Notes under the pieces: model-generated
Seen by the model: the letters and a program-made list of their open reading frames with translations, nothing else
What the model was told of the DNA's origin: nothing
The model's database searches: none
Origin: Octopus vulgaris
Lineage: Eukaryota
Direction of reading: 5' to 3'
Length of the DNA stretch: 64,000 bases
Assembly: GCA_951406725.2 (NCBI GenBank)
Contig: OX597826.1
Location: 2,480,001-2,544,000, forward strand
Translations under genes and position numbers: made by a program
Shown: piece after piece, positions 25,861-41,261 of the stretch
Layout of the letters: each line of letters starts with the position of its first letter
Position numbering within the stretch: position 1 is the first letter of the stretch

Positions 25861-26186
25861 ATTACAAATTTTCCCTAATCAATTACTCTGTAAACTTGTT
25901 TCGAAATTCATTTCAAAATCCTTAACCACATATAAGCACACACTTCTACACAAAGGAAAATACGAAAATATAAGTACATAGATGCTCACAATATAAATAT
26001 TCTCCGAGATATATAAACTTATATGTGCATTTCTCAACCTCTCCCTCACTTTCTCTCTCTTTCTTTCTCTCTCTCTCATACACACACACATACGCACACA
26101 CACACACACACATACACACACACGTATACATATATATTAAAAGTCAGGGTACTATATACAACTGCTTGCTAGAAAGAAGAGTTAAA

Positions 26187-26476
26187 GTGGAGGCGCATGA
26201 CCTAGCGGTCAGAGCAGCGAACTCGCGGTCGAGGAATCGCGGGTTCAAATTTCAGACCGGGCGATGTGTGTGTTTATAAGCGAAACACCTAAGCTCCACG
26301 CGAAAAAAGAGCTGGCAGAAACCTTAGCACGCCGGGCGAAATGCTTAACTGTATTTCGTCTGCCGCTAGGTTCTAATCACCAGTTACGAACTGGGGTCGA
26401 TATAATCGACTTAATCCGTTTGTCTGTCCTTGTTTGTCCTCTCTGTGTTTAGCCCCTTGTGGGCAATAAAGAAACA
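26187..26476 (+). mobile_element. Chimeric SINE (family A head + family B body) within one 16-bp TSD
   Basis: agaaagaagagttaaa at 26171-26186 and 26477-26492; junction aagctccacgcg-aaaaaa-gagctggcag. Confidence 0.85.
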
Positions 26477-26608
26477 AGAAAGAAGAGTTAAAACTCTCCA
26501 AAACCAAGCATCTCTTACTATATGTAAACATACACGGAGAATGTAGCAAATACATTTAGAAAATACGGTCGTCCCAATTTGTAAATGTTCAAAGAAAACA
26601 GAGATATC

Positions 26609-26666
26609 CCGGTATCAATTGATTTCGCTTTCTGTGACGAAAGACACTTAAAGCTCATCAGCTCGG
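26609..26666 (-). ncRNA. Type-I hammerhead motif with extended stem II
   Basis: ccg(a)g CTGATGA gcttt..gtg..cac..aaagc GAAA tcaattga TA ccgg; palindromic ATCAATTGAT stem III. Confidence 0.75.
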
Positions 26667-26703
26667 CTTACTACGCAAACTATTTTAAAAAAATCATACA
26701 CAC

Positions 26704-26745
<42 letters not shown>

Positions 26746-26780
26746 CTGCGCGCGCGCGTGTGTGTGATTGTGTGATAGAT

Positions 26781-26815
<35 letters not shown>

Positions 26816-26926
26816 TTACATATATTTACACATGCGCGTGTGTGTATACACTTCTGCACTTATATAATTCTACCTTCCATATGTGTCCATCAGTTACCTG
26901 TATATGTACATACATATATATATGTG

Positions 26927-26978
<52 letters not shown>

Positions 26979-27011
26979 AATATATATATACACGCATATA
27001 TATATACACAC

Positions 27012-27045
<34 letters not shown>

Positions 27046-28390
27046 GCATGCATATATTTAATTATATATATATATCTTTTTATATATGTGTGTGTGTGTG
27101 TGTTGACGTGACTACCCAAAGCCTATTCCACTTGATGTAAGAATCGCTAATTCATATCTCTCATGTAATAAACGAAACAACCGTTGTTACATAGAGGATG
27201 TGATTCTCAAATTTCCCACAGGACTCTTCCAACTAGCGCATGATATTGTGCACAATAATCTCAGCATGTTTAACTGACTAAATCCTCATGCTGTGTATCG
27301 ACACTCGATTGAAATTTCTCGAAATAATCCGCACAGGTTTTAACTGTAATTGAAATAAACGACGGTTACTTAGCCATGTTATGTTGCTCTTATTTTCTAT
27401 GATGGATGGATTTCTCCGTACATCTGTATTTGTATCTATATGCAACAAATATGGCGACTGCGCTTGTCAGTCAGCATAATTAAAATTTCATTGATACCGT
27501 CGTTAGGCTGTGAATCCTATCAAAATATATTCGATGGTTCAAATCTGGACTAAATCCTACATAATACTATATAATATTATATTATATAACTTTTTATTAT
27601 ATTACATCATACTATATCATATACGGTATATCATATTATATTATATAACTTTTTTATTATATTACATCATACTATATCATATACGGCATATTAACTTATA
27701 TAATATTATAGTAATGTCTAGGGCCGAAAATGTCGATTGATGAGCACTTGTCGAGAGAGTGCCTGGATTTAAATATTTCCCATTGGGATTTATGCCTAGC
27801 TCTGCTTTCTTACCTTCGCATGCAAACAGATTCAGTTACCTGAATCAGTTTGCTCATGAATTTAGACATTACTAAGATATATTGTCATAGATAAGATGTA
27901 GACATATACGTAAGCGTACGCGAAAAAAAAAATTACTAGTATTTTATGCAGACTAGACTTCAACAATATGTTTCTTCTCTGTAAGCATATTTAGTATTAA
28001 TATATTGCCCTATGATAATACAGACTTATGCTGTGTATCTATCTGTACATAGTGGGCCATTTAAAGAATGGATTACAAGTTGATAGATTCTCCATTTCAC
28101 TTCACGCTGTTAGATATCCATTTTCCCATCATTTATCACTTTATTCTACTACATAATTTCTAAGGAACTAGACCATATTTTATTATTTTCTTAAGTGAAC
28201 TTTTTTAGATTTATTTTATTAATCATTTATAACTCGAGAAATAACGTTCCAACATATAATCAATTAAGAAATATATGTATAATTCGTTAGAGTGCAAATG
28301 ATGTACATAGGTTAGTCCCTAAATTTACCACAAAGCTGATCCTAAAGAAACAGCTTACTAGCTGACAAGTAAATTATTACGGCTTCATTA

Positions 28391-28841
28391 TCTATTATAT
28401 AAAATCCGTTCTGTGTGTGTGTGTGTGTCTTCTAGGATCTCGGGCATCCTCCATCCGATTGCGCTCAAATTTGATATGTAGACACCGACGATATCAGGGC
28501 GAGTATAAATCTTTAAAAAATTACAAAAATCGATTCCAGGTGAGAATGCGATCGATAAAGCAGTAGAAACGTACATTTGTACACGCAAGTCATCAGCTGT
28601 TGCGATGTACTTAGTAGTACTTTAAACTCTTTGGTTGCATATTTGTCTGAATAAAATCGTTTTTCTTTGGAATAGAAAAAATCGATCTTTATTTCTTCTT
28701 TTGCTGGTGTCTCAAATTTAAGTTAAATCAGTTTTTCTCAAAGGGGAGGCCTATGGGACGGTCAGACAAGTTGATTTGAGAAAATTTGGTTTAAATGTTT
28801 GACAACTCAGCACCGTCCATTGGACGGGGTACTTTCGCTCG
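28391..28841 (+). mobile_element. Non-autonomous Helitron-like element
   Basis: A|TCTATTATATAAAA start, (GT)n, subterminal hairpin ccgtcca-t-tggacgg, CTCG|T end (variant of CTAG). Confidence 0.72.
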
Positions 28842-29264
28842 TATTTTATATCTATGAAGAAAAGAAATGTGTCAAAAAACCCCACTTAAAGCACCATACG
28901 AATGACATTTGTTTTACTGATGTTCGTTCTGCATTTCACAAATATCATCCTCATATCTCTTATGTGATCGAAACGTGAAGCTTCGATTAACCAATTAAAG
29001 ATGGAGATTGTGCAAATCGTATAATCTAATTGAGTATTCTCTCCTTATTTCAAATACAAAAATTATAAATATTCATACCTATTTAATTGTTGATATATCT
29101 ACTTCCTAAATAATGGATCAAAGTTTCCACTGGATCGTAGATAACAGATTGATTTACTGTAATCATTCTAATGGATGTAAACAGTGAACCTCGGAGGAAT
29201 TTGAATTCAGTTCAGAACTGTCATGGATCATTTGAAATTTTGATATAAGCATTATGTCACACCG

Positions 29265-29670
29265 ACCTGTGGTTAAAATGCTCGCGTTGAAACTACATTG
29301 ATTTCTGTTTAGTCTCAGTGGGCGACATCATGTGCCAGTAACTTCTACAATAGCTGCGGGCCGACTAGTGACTTCTGAGTGAATTTTGGTGATGGAAACT
29401 GTGTAGAAGTTCTTAGTGTATTAGTGTATGTATGTGTGCGAGAGTTTGTGTCAGTGTGTCTACCTCCTATAAAAGCTTGACAACTGATGTTATTTTGTGT
29501 ACGTCACCTTATTCTAGCATTTCGTCAAAAAAACAAAAAAAGACTGATCTAATAGTTAGCAGACTTAGAAAATGTCTAGCAGATAGATGTGTTTGACTGA
29601 ATGCTTGAAGATGGTGCTCCAGTGTGGCTGCAGTCCAATAATCGAAACAAGTAAATGATAAAGGATAGAA
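29265..29670 (+). mobile_element. Old SINE family C copy
   Basis: cttctacaatagc..ggccgac..ggaaactg..cttgacaactgatg..ggtgctccagtgtggctgcagtc..gaaacaagtaaa. Confidence 0.7.
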
Positions 29671-30077
29671 GATGCGTCAGCAAATTGAAATTAGTTTCAA
29701 ATCCAGGAGTACTGATATTTGCGTCACAAACAAATACATCATCCAGTACTTTGTTCCAGAATTGAAGAAAGAAAAATCATATTTTCAAGTTGCCATCAGT
29801 AGCACGAACGATTCATTTGAAATTACACGATGACAAATAGAGAAGAGCCGTTATCCTAATACTTTTGTGCTGACCATAGAACCATTCTCTCAAGTTCCAA
29901 CTTAGTAGCGTCTGTTGTATCAACCGAATAAAACCGGAATTCAAATTACGTAAGCCTGGATAATCAGTCATAAATTAGCATGTGTATCTTTACTTCCATA
30001 ATCATACATACATTTCCTAATGCACTATAAACAAATGTTAGGTGTATATATATATATATATACATATACATGTATAG

Positions 30078-30130
<53 letters not shown>

Positions 30131-30137
30131 CATGTAT

Positions 30138-30198
<61 letters not shown>

Positions 30199-30449
30199 AG
30201 TATGTACATATATGTATATATGTACATACATATGTATATATATGTGTATATATATACATATATAAACAAAGGCAGACGACACAATTATAGATACATATAT
30301 ACACACACAGAATGATGCATGCGAAGCTTGTGGATAAGTGAGACATCTGCGTATGTACAATTGTATCTGCGTAAGCACGTAGACATCATATTCTCATATT
30401 AGCTTTTATAGATATGTAACGTATATTGTTCAACAGCTTCATACATATA

Positions 30450-30605
<156 letters not shown>

Positions 30606-30704
30606 CATTGTTCGATAATATACGTAGTATTGCATTCCTGTTTACGGTCAAATAGCGTAAAGTGTCGCAATGGGAATTACATCTAACTGCAATAAACTCC
30701 GATA

Positions 30705-30804
30705 NNNNNNNNNNNNNNNNNNNNNNNNNNNNNNNNNNNNNNNNNNNNNNNNNNNNNNNNNNNNNNNNNNNNNNNNNNNNNNNNNNNNNNNNNNNNNNNN
30801 NNNN
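30705..30804. other. Assembly gap (100 N)
   Basis: Run of N. Confidence 1.
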
Positions 30805-32484
30805 CCCCTGCTAATTCATTTTGAGCGAGGAAAAGAGCTGTAGCAAAATTGGTGCCTCGCTTGCTCATGAGAGATCAAAACCAATCACGATTCGATGCCT
30901 GTCGTGAACTGAAAGAACAGTTTGAAGTTGATCCGGAATTTTTTCGAAGGTAATGACTGATGAATGCTGATGTTACAGACTTTGCAGATGTGGAATAGGT
31001 GAAGAATAAAAACAAAAAAACGACTGAGTCGTTGAAAACTGTGACATTGCAAGAGTTGTAACACTGATCTGAATATTGGAAAACGCGCCTGCCTTGCTTC
31101 AAATGGAAAAAAACTTAGAAGGTGTTAAAAGTGTAAACATGTAAAACTAAGTTAATAAAATGATATTCCAAATTTCCCGTTGCTTTTGGGTACCTCCTTG
31201 CAAAACCACTGGAGTAGATTCCTTAGAGCTTAAATATTGAAACAAGTTTTATTTTTAAAGAGCAGTAATATATATTTATATGGCGGTAAGTGTGTGTGTG
31301 TATGTTTGTGTTGGTGGGTGTAGCTATTTTTATAATTATGCTACTTATATCGATATATTGAATAAAAATCCCTATGACTGAAGTTAGAAATCGCTAACAC
31401 TGTAAGTAATATAAGACAATCATTGGAAAAATCGATAGGGCAACGAATATAATATCGTATTAGCTTCTGAGGTTTGAACCCGTTGAAAATATTATTACAA
31501 TTAATCATTGATATTTAAGAAAAATAAACAACAGCCAATTAGTTAGGATGATACGCTATTTAACCCTTATATCGTAGCTTGGACAATGTATATTTCAATA
31601 AATATTCAATTATATATAAATAGGAACTAAAATCCCCAAATTACTGAAAATTATGTATGATACGAGAGAATAAAGGGTATCAACTTATCTTGTACTAAAA
31701 TATTTGATGATTTAATCTCATTCAGCATTGATTGTGTAATGGCTATATTGTTTGGAAGAAAATTTAATTATAAGTTATTTTACTTGCATTAGTTAAGTAT
31801 ATACAAAAAATATCTAACTCCAAGTTTACGTTTGTATATAAAGTTATGTCCGATTCACACCAATCCATGCCGAGCTGAGATTACATGTTAACTCCACCAA
31901 TTGAATGAGCTGTAATTGGCACTTGAAATCACACATACTGTCTTAAAATGCTAATGCAAAAATCATAATTTTAATCCGGGATGGAAAAAATATAGATTGC
32001 ACAGAGTTGTGACGACTTCATTTTTTATATATATATTTAATTCCGTCTGCCTGGTCGTGGGGAGATCAAGAACATTAATTAAAGATAGAGATAATACATA
32101 GATGAACGCATATAAATTCCGAATATCGTCAATCCATATATACAGTACCAAATTTGTGGTTTATAAAAAAAATAATAAATAAAAATCGGCGCATGACTTT
32201 AAAAGCAGAGAACACAATGCCTTTATGTACTTAGTACGTTTACAAGACTTACTTTTGGGTCCATTTATGAAGAGGTGAAAGCTTGATTATATTTTCCATT
32301 TTTTAACCTTCCACATTGTCTTTATGCTTTCTTCTCCACTTTTCGCGTTCGTTATGATATGTGGTTTCTGCCTGAAGACTATAATATGTTACACATGGTA
32401 TAATTCATTATTTGGCATGTTCTCAGCACAAGAAACTGTTAGTAGCACATTAAAACATATATTGTGTCTATTAGATAATACCAG

Positions 32485-32528
<44 letters not shown>

Positions 32529-32935
32529 CACAAAAACACACAATTATATATATATATATGATTCTCTCTATTTGTATGTGTGGCTTATTTTGCATATCTG
32601 AATTTGTCTCGATAGATATAATCATAATCATCACAAGCAGTAACACTATATGTATATATCGAAGTATTTATAAATCCTTCGAAAGTGTCACACAAACAGT
32701 CTCAGGAATAAATTGACACGTTCATCTTCCGTTGTCTGTGCGTCTCACGCACCTTATCCGGTTCACGCTATTGTGTTTATATCAATCAGCTTCCATTTTA
32801 TCCCCTGAATCTTTCAATCCTGTACACTCAGTGAATATCATCAGATAATCACCCTGCATGAGTTATATATTTATCACTTAATAGGGTACGGAAATATATA
32901 CAAGCATACATATATACATATACATATATATACAC

Positions 32936-32998
<63 letters not shown>

Positions 32999-33009
32999 TA
33001 TATACATAT

Positions 33010-33048
<39 letters not shown>

Positions 33049-33073
33049 CACACATATATATATATATATATAT

Positions 33074-33114
<41 letters not shown>

Positions 33115-33143
33115 TATATATACATATATATATGCATATATAT

Positions 33144-33241
<98 letters not shown>

Positions 33242-33667
33242 GAAGCTTAGTTCAAGCCAAAGACATGACAACATGTGGTGAGAAAAATATATCTGCTATG
33301 AATAAAATTACAACTGCTTTATATAGAGATGTGTTTAAGAGCGATACAAACACTTATTGATCTACTAGGTGATGAAGGAAAAAACCATATTACTTCATAA
33401 ATAATCATTAATATAATACCTACAAAAATTTCTCAAGGGCTGATTACATAATAAAGAAGAGCGTGTATTAATATCGGATAATGCCATATGTGACTAAATA
33501 TTTTTAGACATGAATTATCTGCCATATATATCATTAGTGTAATGTTTCAAATATGTACATACACACATATATACATACAGACATATTCCCTCTCTCTTTC
33601 TCTCTCTGTCGCTGTTTATACATTACATACATACATACATACACACATATTTATATATATATATATC

Positions 33668-33868
33668 GTTAATCCAAACATGAACAAAGAGAAAACAACA
33701 ACGCGAAGACGTGGAACAAGTATAGTGTTATTAGCCGCTCAGGAAAGGAAAGAAAGGAGGATGATTTAACGTTTCGAGCGGAGCTCTTCGTCAGAAACAT
33801 AGAAAAGGAAAGGTCCAAGGAAGCGAAGACGGAGAAGAAAATCGCCAACGATACACACGCGGTCACAT
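33668..33868 (-). mobile_element. Hammerhead-bearing 200-bp element (duplicate of 22578-22778; HHR 33764-33798)
   Basis: Same sequence inside the duplication. Confidence 0.85.
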
Positions 33869-33897
33869 CTATCTATATATATGTATGTATATGTATG

Positions 33898-33929
<32 letters not shown>

Positions 33930-34271
33930 TGTATGTATGTATGTATGTACGTATGTATGTATAGGTGGATGTGCATGTCTTCTAATTAGCAAGCTGTGTA
34001 GCCTTCATGCTTCATCTGGTTTGTAAAACTGGTCTGCGTAATCAACCAACAGGTGATATTCAAATTTTGGCTCAAGGTGAGCAGTTTTTGAAAGAGGACA
34101 ATCAATTACATTGCCCCCAGATTGCAACTTTACTTAATAAAGTAACGCCGAAATGATGAAAGGCAACGTCCACCTCCGCGAAATTTGAACTGAGAACTTA
34201 AAGACAAACGGAATGCTGCTAATTCATTTTCCTGGCGAGTTAATGATACTAGCAGTCCGTCGCCTTATCTA

Positions 34272-35561
34272 TCAGGTTATCCCATAAGTCCTGTCCGATC
34301 TTACCTTTTTTAAAGTTGAATGAAATTCAGTAGTATTTTAGAATGTCTAATGGAATTAAGAATTATTTTTATGCATTTGTGTACATTTAAACTAATTAAA
34401 TATTATTTTATACAGAATAATAGAATTAAATTTTCTTTGATTAAAACCCTTTCTAATATAGAAGTATCCAAAGAGCATTTGAGGCATATAATGCTTTATG
34501 ATTACAAAAAACGAAACTCTGCAGCCGAAGCAACTCGAAACATACACCCAGTTTATGGGAAAGAATGCTTGAATGAAAGAACTTGCAGAAAATGGTTTGC
34601 AAAATTCAGAATTGGATATTTCAGCCTTGAAGATGAAGATCGAAAAGGACGTCCAGTTGAGTTTGATGATAAGCTCCTTGAAGAATTACTTGAAGAAAAT
34701 CCTGCGTTATCAGTTGAAGAATTGGCAATGGAGCTTAGTTCAAACCATACAACTGTTCATCGTCATCTTCAACAACTTGGAAAGGTTCCTAAACTTGGAA
34801 AATGGGTGCCTCATGACTTGTCCAAAAGCAACCGCAAATCCCGAGTTGACATCTGCTCTTCTCTCCATTCTCGCAAACTCATTTCACCCTTTTTGGATAG
34901 ACTTGTGACTGGTCACAAAAAATGGATGTTCTATCGAAATGTTAAACGTCGTAAACAGTGGCTTGGTAAAAGGGAAAAAGCTCAACCACAACCGAGAAGA
35001 GAACTTCACGAGAAAAAGGTTCTTCTCTCTATCTGGTGGGATTGCAAAGGAGTAATTCACTTTGAATTGTCACCACCTAATGCATTAATCAATGATCAAG
35101 TCTACTGTCAGTAATTAGAGCGTTTGAACCAAGTTTTGAAGGAAAAAAGACCCGCTTTAGTGAATCGAAAAGGAGCGATGTTTCATCAGGACAATGCGCG
35201 ACCCCACACTGCAAAGATCCCATCACAGAAGATCGAGGAGCTTGGTTGGGAGAAAATTCCTCATCCACCTTATTCTCCCGACCCTGCTCCTTCAGACTAC
35301 CATTTGTTTCGTAGTTTACAGAATAATTTGGGGGACATAGCTTTCGCAAGCCAGGAGGAGGTCGAAACTGACATTTCTGAGTACTTCGTTTTCAAACTAA
35401 AAGAGTTTTACATTGATGGGATTAAAAAGCTTGTAAATAGATGGAAGGAAGTCATAGATAATCAGGGAAAATACATTGATGATTAAATTTAAATTAAATA
35501 TAACATTTGATCACTTGTTTTCTTTATTCAAACTTCGGACAGAACTCATGGGATGACCTGA
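34272..35561 (+). mobile_element. Full-length mariner element (duplicate copy)
   Basis: Same TIRs and TA TSD as 23173-24463. Confidence 0.95.
34458..35486 (+). pseudogene. Mariner transposase pseudogene (~342 codons, single frame)
   Basis: Probable start ATG>ATA at 34458, one in-frame TAA at 35112-35114, first catalytic motif TGDEKW mutated to TGHKKW; WVPHDL, HQDNARPH and YSPDPAPSDY present. Confidence 0.92.
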
Positions 35562-37706
35562 TATAATGAAGATTAAGATAAATATTCTTTCTAATCTAGC
35601 CACAAGGCCTGAGAATTTTTAGGGGTCCAGTCGATTAGATCGACCACTGTGCGCAAACTGTACTTAATTTATTGACCCCGAATGGATGAAAGCAGAGTCG
35701 ACCTCGGCGGAATTACGATAGTTATTAAGATCACTATTAAGTTATCATAATAGTTATCTTAACTATTAACTACATCCTTTCGTGGTCGACAAATGACATA
35801 ACCGCTTACTACTGAAGTCGATATAATCGACTTAACCCTCACCTGAAATTGCTGGCCATATGACAAAATCTGGACTAACATTCATAATGGATTTCACTCT
35901 GATGTCATTATGGTCATAATGAATAGGTAAATGTTATTGTCGTTTCCTTGAAGTTTCATGGTTTGATTCTTATTTCATAATTACTTTCTTTCTGTAAACT
36001 TTCGTAAACATATCACATACTCCTATAACTAATCATATACCACCGAGGGTTATAGTGTGACGGCTAAAGCTCGCCTCGCACCTCACCTCTAAGTATTTCT
36101 TCGTACTTCCCTTGGATTGTTAACTAAAAACCTAATATGTCATTGAATCGGACAATTCGTTAAGGCGAGAAACTTTCCTACTTCTGACGGTAAAAAGTTA
36201 AAAATGCTGAGTAATTACGATACGTTGGAGTAATGCAGTGGCCTTAGTTAATTACGTAGAATTCCTTCTTATATGCCTCTGTATCATATCTACAAAGCCT
36301 GAGTTTTTTCGGGAAGGACTAATCTAGCAAATCAACCGTAGTGTTTGGCATGTATTTTAATTCTATAACTAATCACATATCAGCGAGTGTTGTGGTGTGA
36401 GAGTTAAAACTCCGTAAGGTTGAATGACAAAGTCCACCTCGGTGGAATTTGAAATCCAAACGTAAAGACAGGCGAAATGTCGATAAGCATTTTCTTCGGA
36501 GAACCAACGATTCTGCAAAATCGCCTCTTTAACATTCCTAATATTAATATGTTCAACGGCATTTCGTCCGTTTTTACATTCTGAGTTCAAATTCGGCTGT
36601 GGTTGACTTTATCTTCCATGTTTTCGGGTTCGGTAATATAAGTACTTGTTGAACACTGAGGTTGATTTAATAGACTTAGCCCCTATCCAAAATTTACTGG
36701 CCTTGTGAAAAAATTTGAAGCCATAATATATTTAATTACGGCGGCAAGCTAGCAAAATCATTACTAGCTTGCTGAAGAGAGTACTTAGTATCATTTCGTC
36801 CGTCTTTACGTTCTAAGACCAAATTCCATCGCAGGTGATTTTACTTTCCATCCTGTCGGAGTCAATAAAGTAAGTACCGATTGAGTACCAGGGGTTGACA
36901 AACTCGATTTAACCCGCTCCTTCGATAGTGCTAGCCTTGTGTCAAAATTTTAAGCCAATATTATTACAAATTTTCCCTAATCAATTACTCTGTAAACTTG
37001 TTTCGAAATTCATTTCAAAATCCTTAACCACATATAAGCACACACTTCTACACAAAGGAAAATACGAAAATATAAGTACATAGATGCTCACAATATAAAT
37101 ATTCTCCGAGATATATAAACTTATATGTGCATTTCTCAACCTCTCCCTCACTTTCTCTCTCTTTCTTTCTCTCTCTCTCATACACACACACATACGCACA
37201 CACACACACATACACACACACGTATACATATATATTAAAAGTCAGGGTACTATATGCCACTGCTTGCTAGAAAGAAGAGTTAAAGTGGAGGCGCATGACC
37301 TAGCGGTTAGAGCAGCGAACTCGCGGTCGAGGAATCGCGGGTTCAAATTTCAGACCGGGCGATGTGTGTGTTTATAAGCGAAACACCTAAGCTCCACGCG
37401 AAAAAAGAGCTGGCAGAAACCTTAGCACGCCGGGCGAAATGCTTAACTGTATTTCGTCTGCCGCTAGGTTCTAATCACCAGTTACGAACTGGGGTCGATA
37501 TAATCGACTTAATCCGTTTGTCTGTCCTTGTTTGTCCTCTCTGTGTTTAGCCCCTTGTGGGCAATAAAGAAACAAGAAAGAAGAGTTAAAACTCTCCAAA
37601 ACCAAGCATCTCTTACTATATGTAAACATACACGGAGAATGTAGCAAATACATTTAGAAAATACGGTCGTCCCAATTTGTAAATGTTCAAAGAAAACAGA
37701 GATATC

Positions 37707-37764
37707 CCGGTATCAATTGATTTCGCTTTCTGTGACGAAAGACACTTAAAGCTCATCAGCTCGG
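37707..37764 (-). ncRNA. Type-I hammerhead motif (duplicate of 26609-26666)
   Basis: Identical sequence in the duplicated block. Confidence 0.75.
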
Positions 37765-37795
37765 CTTACTACGCAAACTATTTTAAAAAAATCAT

Positions 37796-37855
<60 letters not shown>

Positions 37856-37890
37856 CCGCGCGCGCGCGTGTGTGTGATTGTGTGATAGAT

Positions 37891-37925
<35 letters not shown>

Positions 37926-38036
37926 TTACATATATTTACACATGCGCGTGTGTGTATACACTTCTGCACTTATATAATTCTACCTTCCATATGTGTCCAT
38001 CAGTTACCTGTATATGTACATACATATATATATGTG

Positions 38037-38088
<52 letters not shown>

Positions 38089-38121
38089 AATATATATATA
38101 CACGCATATATATATACACAC

Positions 38122-38153
<32 letters not shown>

Positions 38154-39497
38154 GCATGCATATATTTAATTATATATATATATCTTTTTATATATGTGTG
38201 TGTGTGTGTGTTGACGTGACTACCCAAAGCCTATTCCACTTGATGTAAGAATCGCTAATTCATATCTCTCATGTAATAAACGAAACAACCGTTGTTACAT
38301 AGAGGATGTGATTCTCAAATTTCCCACAGGACTCTTCCAACTAGCGCATGATATTGTGCACAATAATCTCAGCATGTTTAACTGACTAAATCCTCATGCT
38401 GTGTATCGACACTCGATTGAAATTTCTCGAAATAATCCGCACAGGTTTTAACTGTAATTGAAATAAACGACGGTTACTTAGCCATGTTATGTTGCTCTTG
38501 TTTTCTATGATGGATGGATTTCTCCGTACATCTGTATTTGTATCTATATGCAACAAATATGGCGACTGCGCTTGTCAGTCAGCATAATTAAAATTTCATT
38601 GATACCGTCGTTAGGCTGTGAATCCTATCAAAATATATTCGATGGTTCAAATCTGGACTAAATCCTACATAATACTATATTATATTATATTATATAACTT
38701 TTTATTATATTACATCATACTATATCATATACGGTATATCATATTATATTATATAACTTTTTTATTATATTACATCATACTATATCATATACGGCATATT
38801 AACTTATATAATATTATAGTAATGTCTAGGGCCGAAAATGTCGATTGATGAGCACTTGTCGAGAGAGTGCCTGGATTTAAATATTTCCCATTGGGATTTA
38901 TGCCTAGCTCTGCTTTCTTACCTTCGCATGCAAACAGATTCAGTTACCTGAATCAGTTTGCTCATGAATTTAGACATTACTAAGATATATTGTCATAGAT
39001 AAGATGTAGACATATACGTAAGCGTACGCGAAAAAAAAATTACTAGTATTTTATGCAGACTAGACTTCAACAATATGTTTCTTCTCTGTAAGCATATTTA
39101 GTATTAATATATTGCCCTATGATAATACAGACTTATGCTGTGTATCTATCTGTACATAGTGGGCCATTTAAAGAATGGATTACAAGTTGATAGATTCTCC
39201 ATTTCACTTCACGCTGTTAGATATCCATTTTCCCATCATTTATCACTTTATTCTACTACATAATTTCTAAGGAACTAGACCATATTTTATTATTTTCTTA
39301 AGTGAACTTTTTTAGATTTATTTTATTAATCATTTATAACTCGAGAAATAACGTTCCAACATATAATCAATTAAGAAATATATGTATAATTCGTTAGAGT
39401 GCAAATGATGTACATAGGTTAGTCCCTAAATTTACCACAAAGCTGATCCTAAAGAAACAGCTTACTAGCTGACAAGTAAATTATTACGGCTTCATTA

Positions 39498-39948
39498 TCT
39501 ATTATATAAAATCCGTTCTGTGTGTGTGTGTGTCTTCTAGGATCTCGGGCATCCTCCATCCGATTGCGCTCAAATTTGATATGTAGACACCGACGATATC
39601 AGGGCGAGTATAAATCTTTAAAAAATTACAAAAATCGATTCCAGGTGAGAATGCGATCGATAAAGCAGTAGAAACGTACATTTGTACACGCAAGTCATCA
39701 GCTGTTGCGATGTACTTAGTAGTACTTTAAACTCTTTGGTTGCATATTTGTCTGAATAAAATCGTTTTTCTTTGGAATAGAAAAAAAATCGATCTTTATT
39801 TCTTCTTTTGCTGGTGTCTCAAATTTAAGTTAAATCAGTTTTTCTCAAAGGGGAGGCCTATGGGACGGTCAGACAAGTTGATTTGAGAAAATTTGGTTTA
39901 AATGTTTGACAACTCAGCACCGTCCATTGGACGGGGTACTTTCGCTCG
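39498..39948 (+). mobile_element. Non-autonomous Helitron-like element (duplicate)
   Basis: As 28391-28841. Confidence 0.72.
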
Positions 39949-41204
39949 TATTTTATATCTATGAAGAAAAGAAATGTGTCAAAAAACCCCACTTAAAGCA
40001 CCATACGAATGACATTTGTTTTACTGATGTTCGTTCTGCATTTCACAAATATCATCCTCATATCTCTTATGTGATCGAAACGTGAAGCTTCGATTAACCA
40101 ATTAAAGATGGAGATTGTGCAAATCGTATAATCTAATTGAGTATTCTCTCCTTATTTCAAATACAAAAATTATAAATATTCATACCTATTTAATTGTTGA
40201 TATATCTACTTCCTAAATAATGGATCAAAGTTTCCACTGGATCGTAGATAACAGATTGATTTACTGTAATCATTCTAATGGATGTAAACAGTGAACCTCG
40301 GAGGAATTTGAATTCAGTTCAGAACTGTCATGGATCATTTGAAATTTTGATATAAGCATTATGTCACACCGACCTGTGGTTAAAATGCTCGCGTTGAAAC
40401 TACATTGATTTCTGTTTAGTCTCAGTGGGCGACATCATGTGCCAGTAACTTCTACAATAGCTGCGGGCCGACTAGTGACTTCTGAGTGAATTTTGGTGAT
40501 GGAAACTGTGTAGAAGTTCTTAGTGTATTAGTGTATGTATGTGTGCGAGAGTTTGTGTCAGTGTGTCTACCTCCTATAAAAGCTTGACAACTGATGTTAT
40601 TTTGTGTACGTCACCTTATTCTAGCATTTCGTCAAAAAACAAAAAAAGACTGATCTAATAGTTAGCAGACTTAGAAAATGTCTAGCAGATAGATGTGTTT
40701 GACTGAATGCTTGAAGATGGTGCTCCAGTGTGGCTGCAGTCCAATAATCGAAACAAGTAAATGATAAAGGATAGAAGATGCGTCAGCAAATTGAAATTAG
40801 TTTCAAATCCAGGAGTAATGATATTTGCGACACAAACAATAAATACATCATCCAGAGTTTTGTTCCAGAATTGAAGAAAGAAAAATCATATTTTCAAGTT
40901 GCCGTCAGGAGCACAAACGCTTCATTTGAAATTACACGATGACAATTAGAGAAGAGCCGTTATCCTAATACTTTTGTGCTGACCATAGAACCATTCTCTC
41001 AAGTTCCAACTCAGTATTGTCTGTTGTATCAACCGAATAAAACCGGAATTCAAATTACGTAAGCCTGGATAATCAGTCATAAATTAGCATGTGTATCTTT
41101 ACTTCCATAATCATACATACATTTCCTAATGCACTATAAACAAATGTTAGGTGTATATATATATATATATACATATACATGTATAGATACATACATACAT
41201 ATAC

Positions 41205-41261
<57 letters not shown>

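Noticed and set aside
27560-27710. Two ~60-bp AT-rich direct repeats as an array
   Set aside because: Simple local tandem duplication without spacers; not CRISPR-like.
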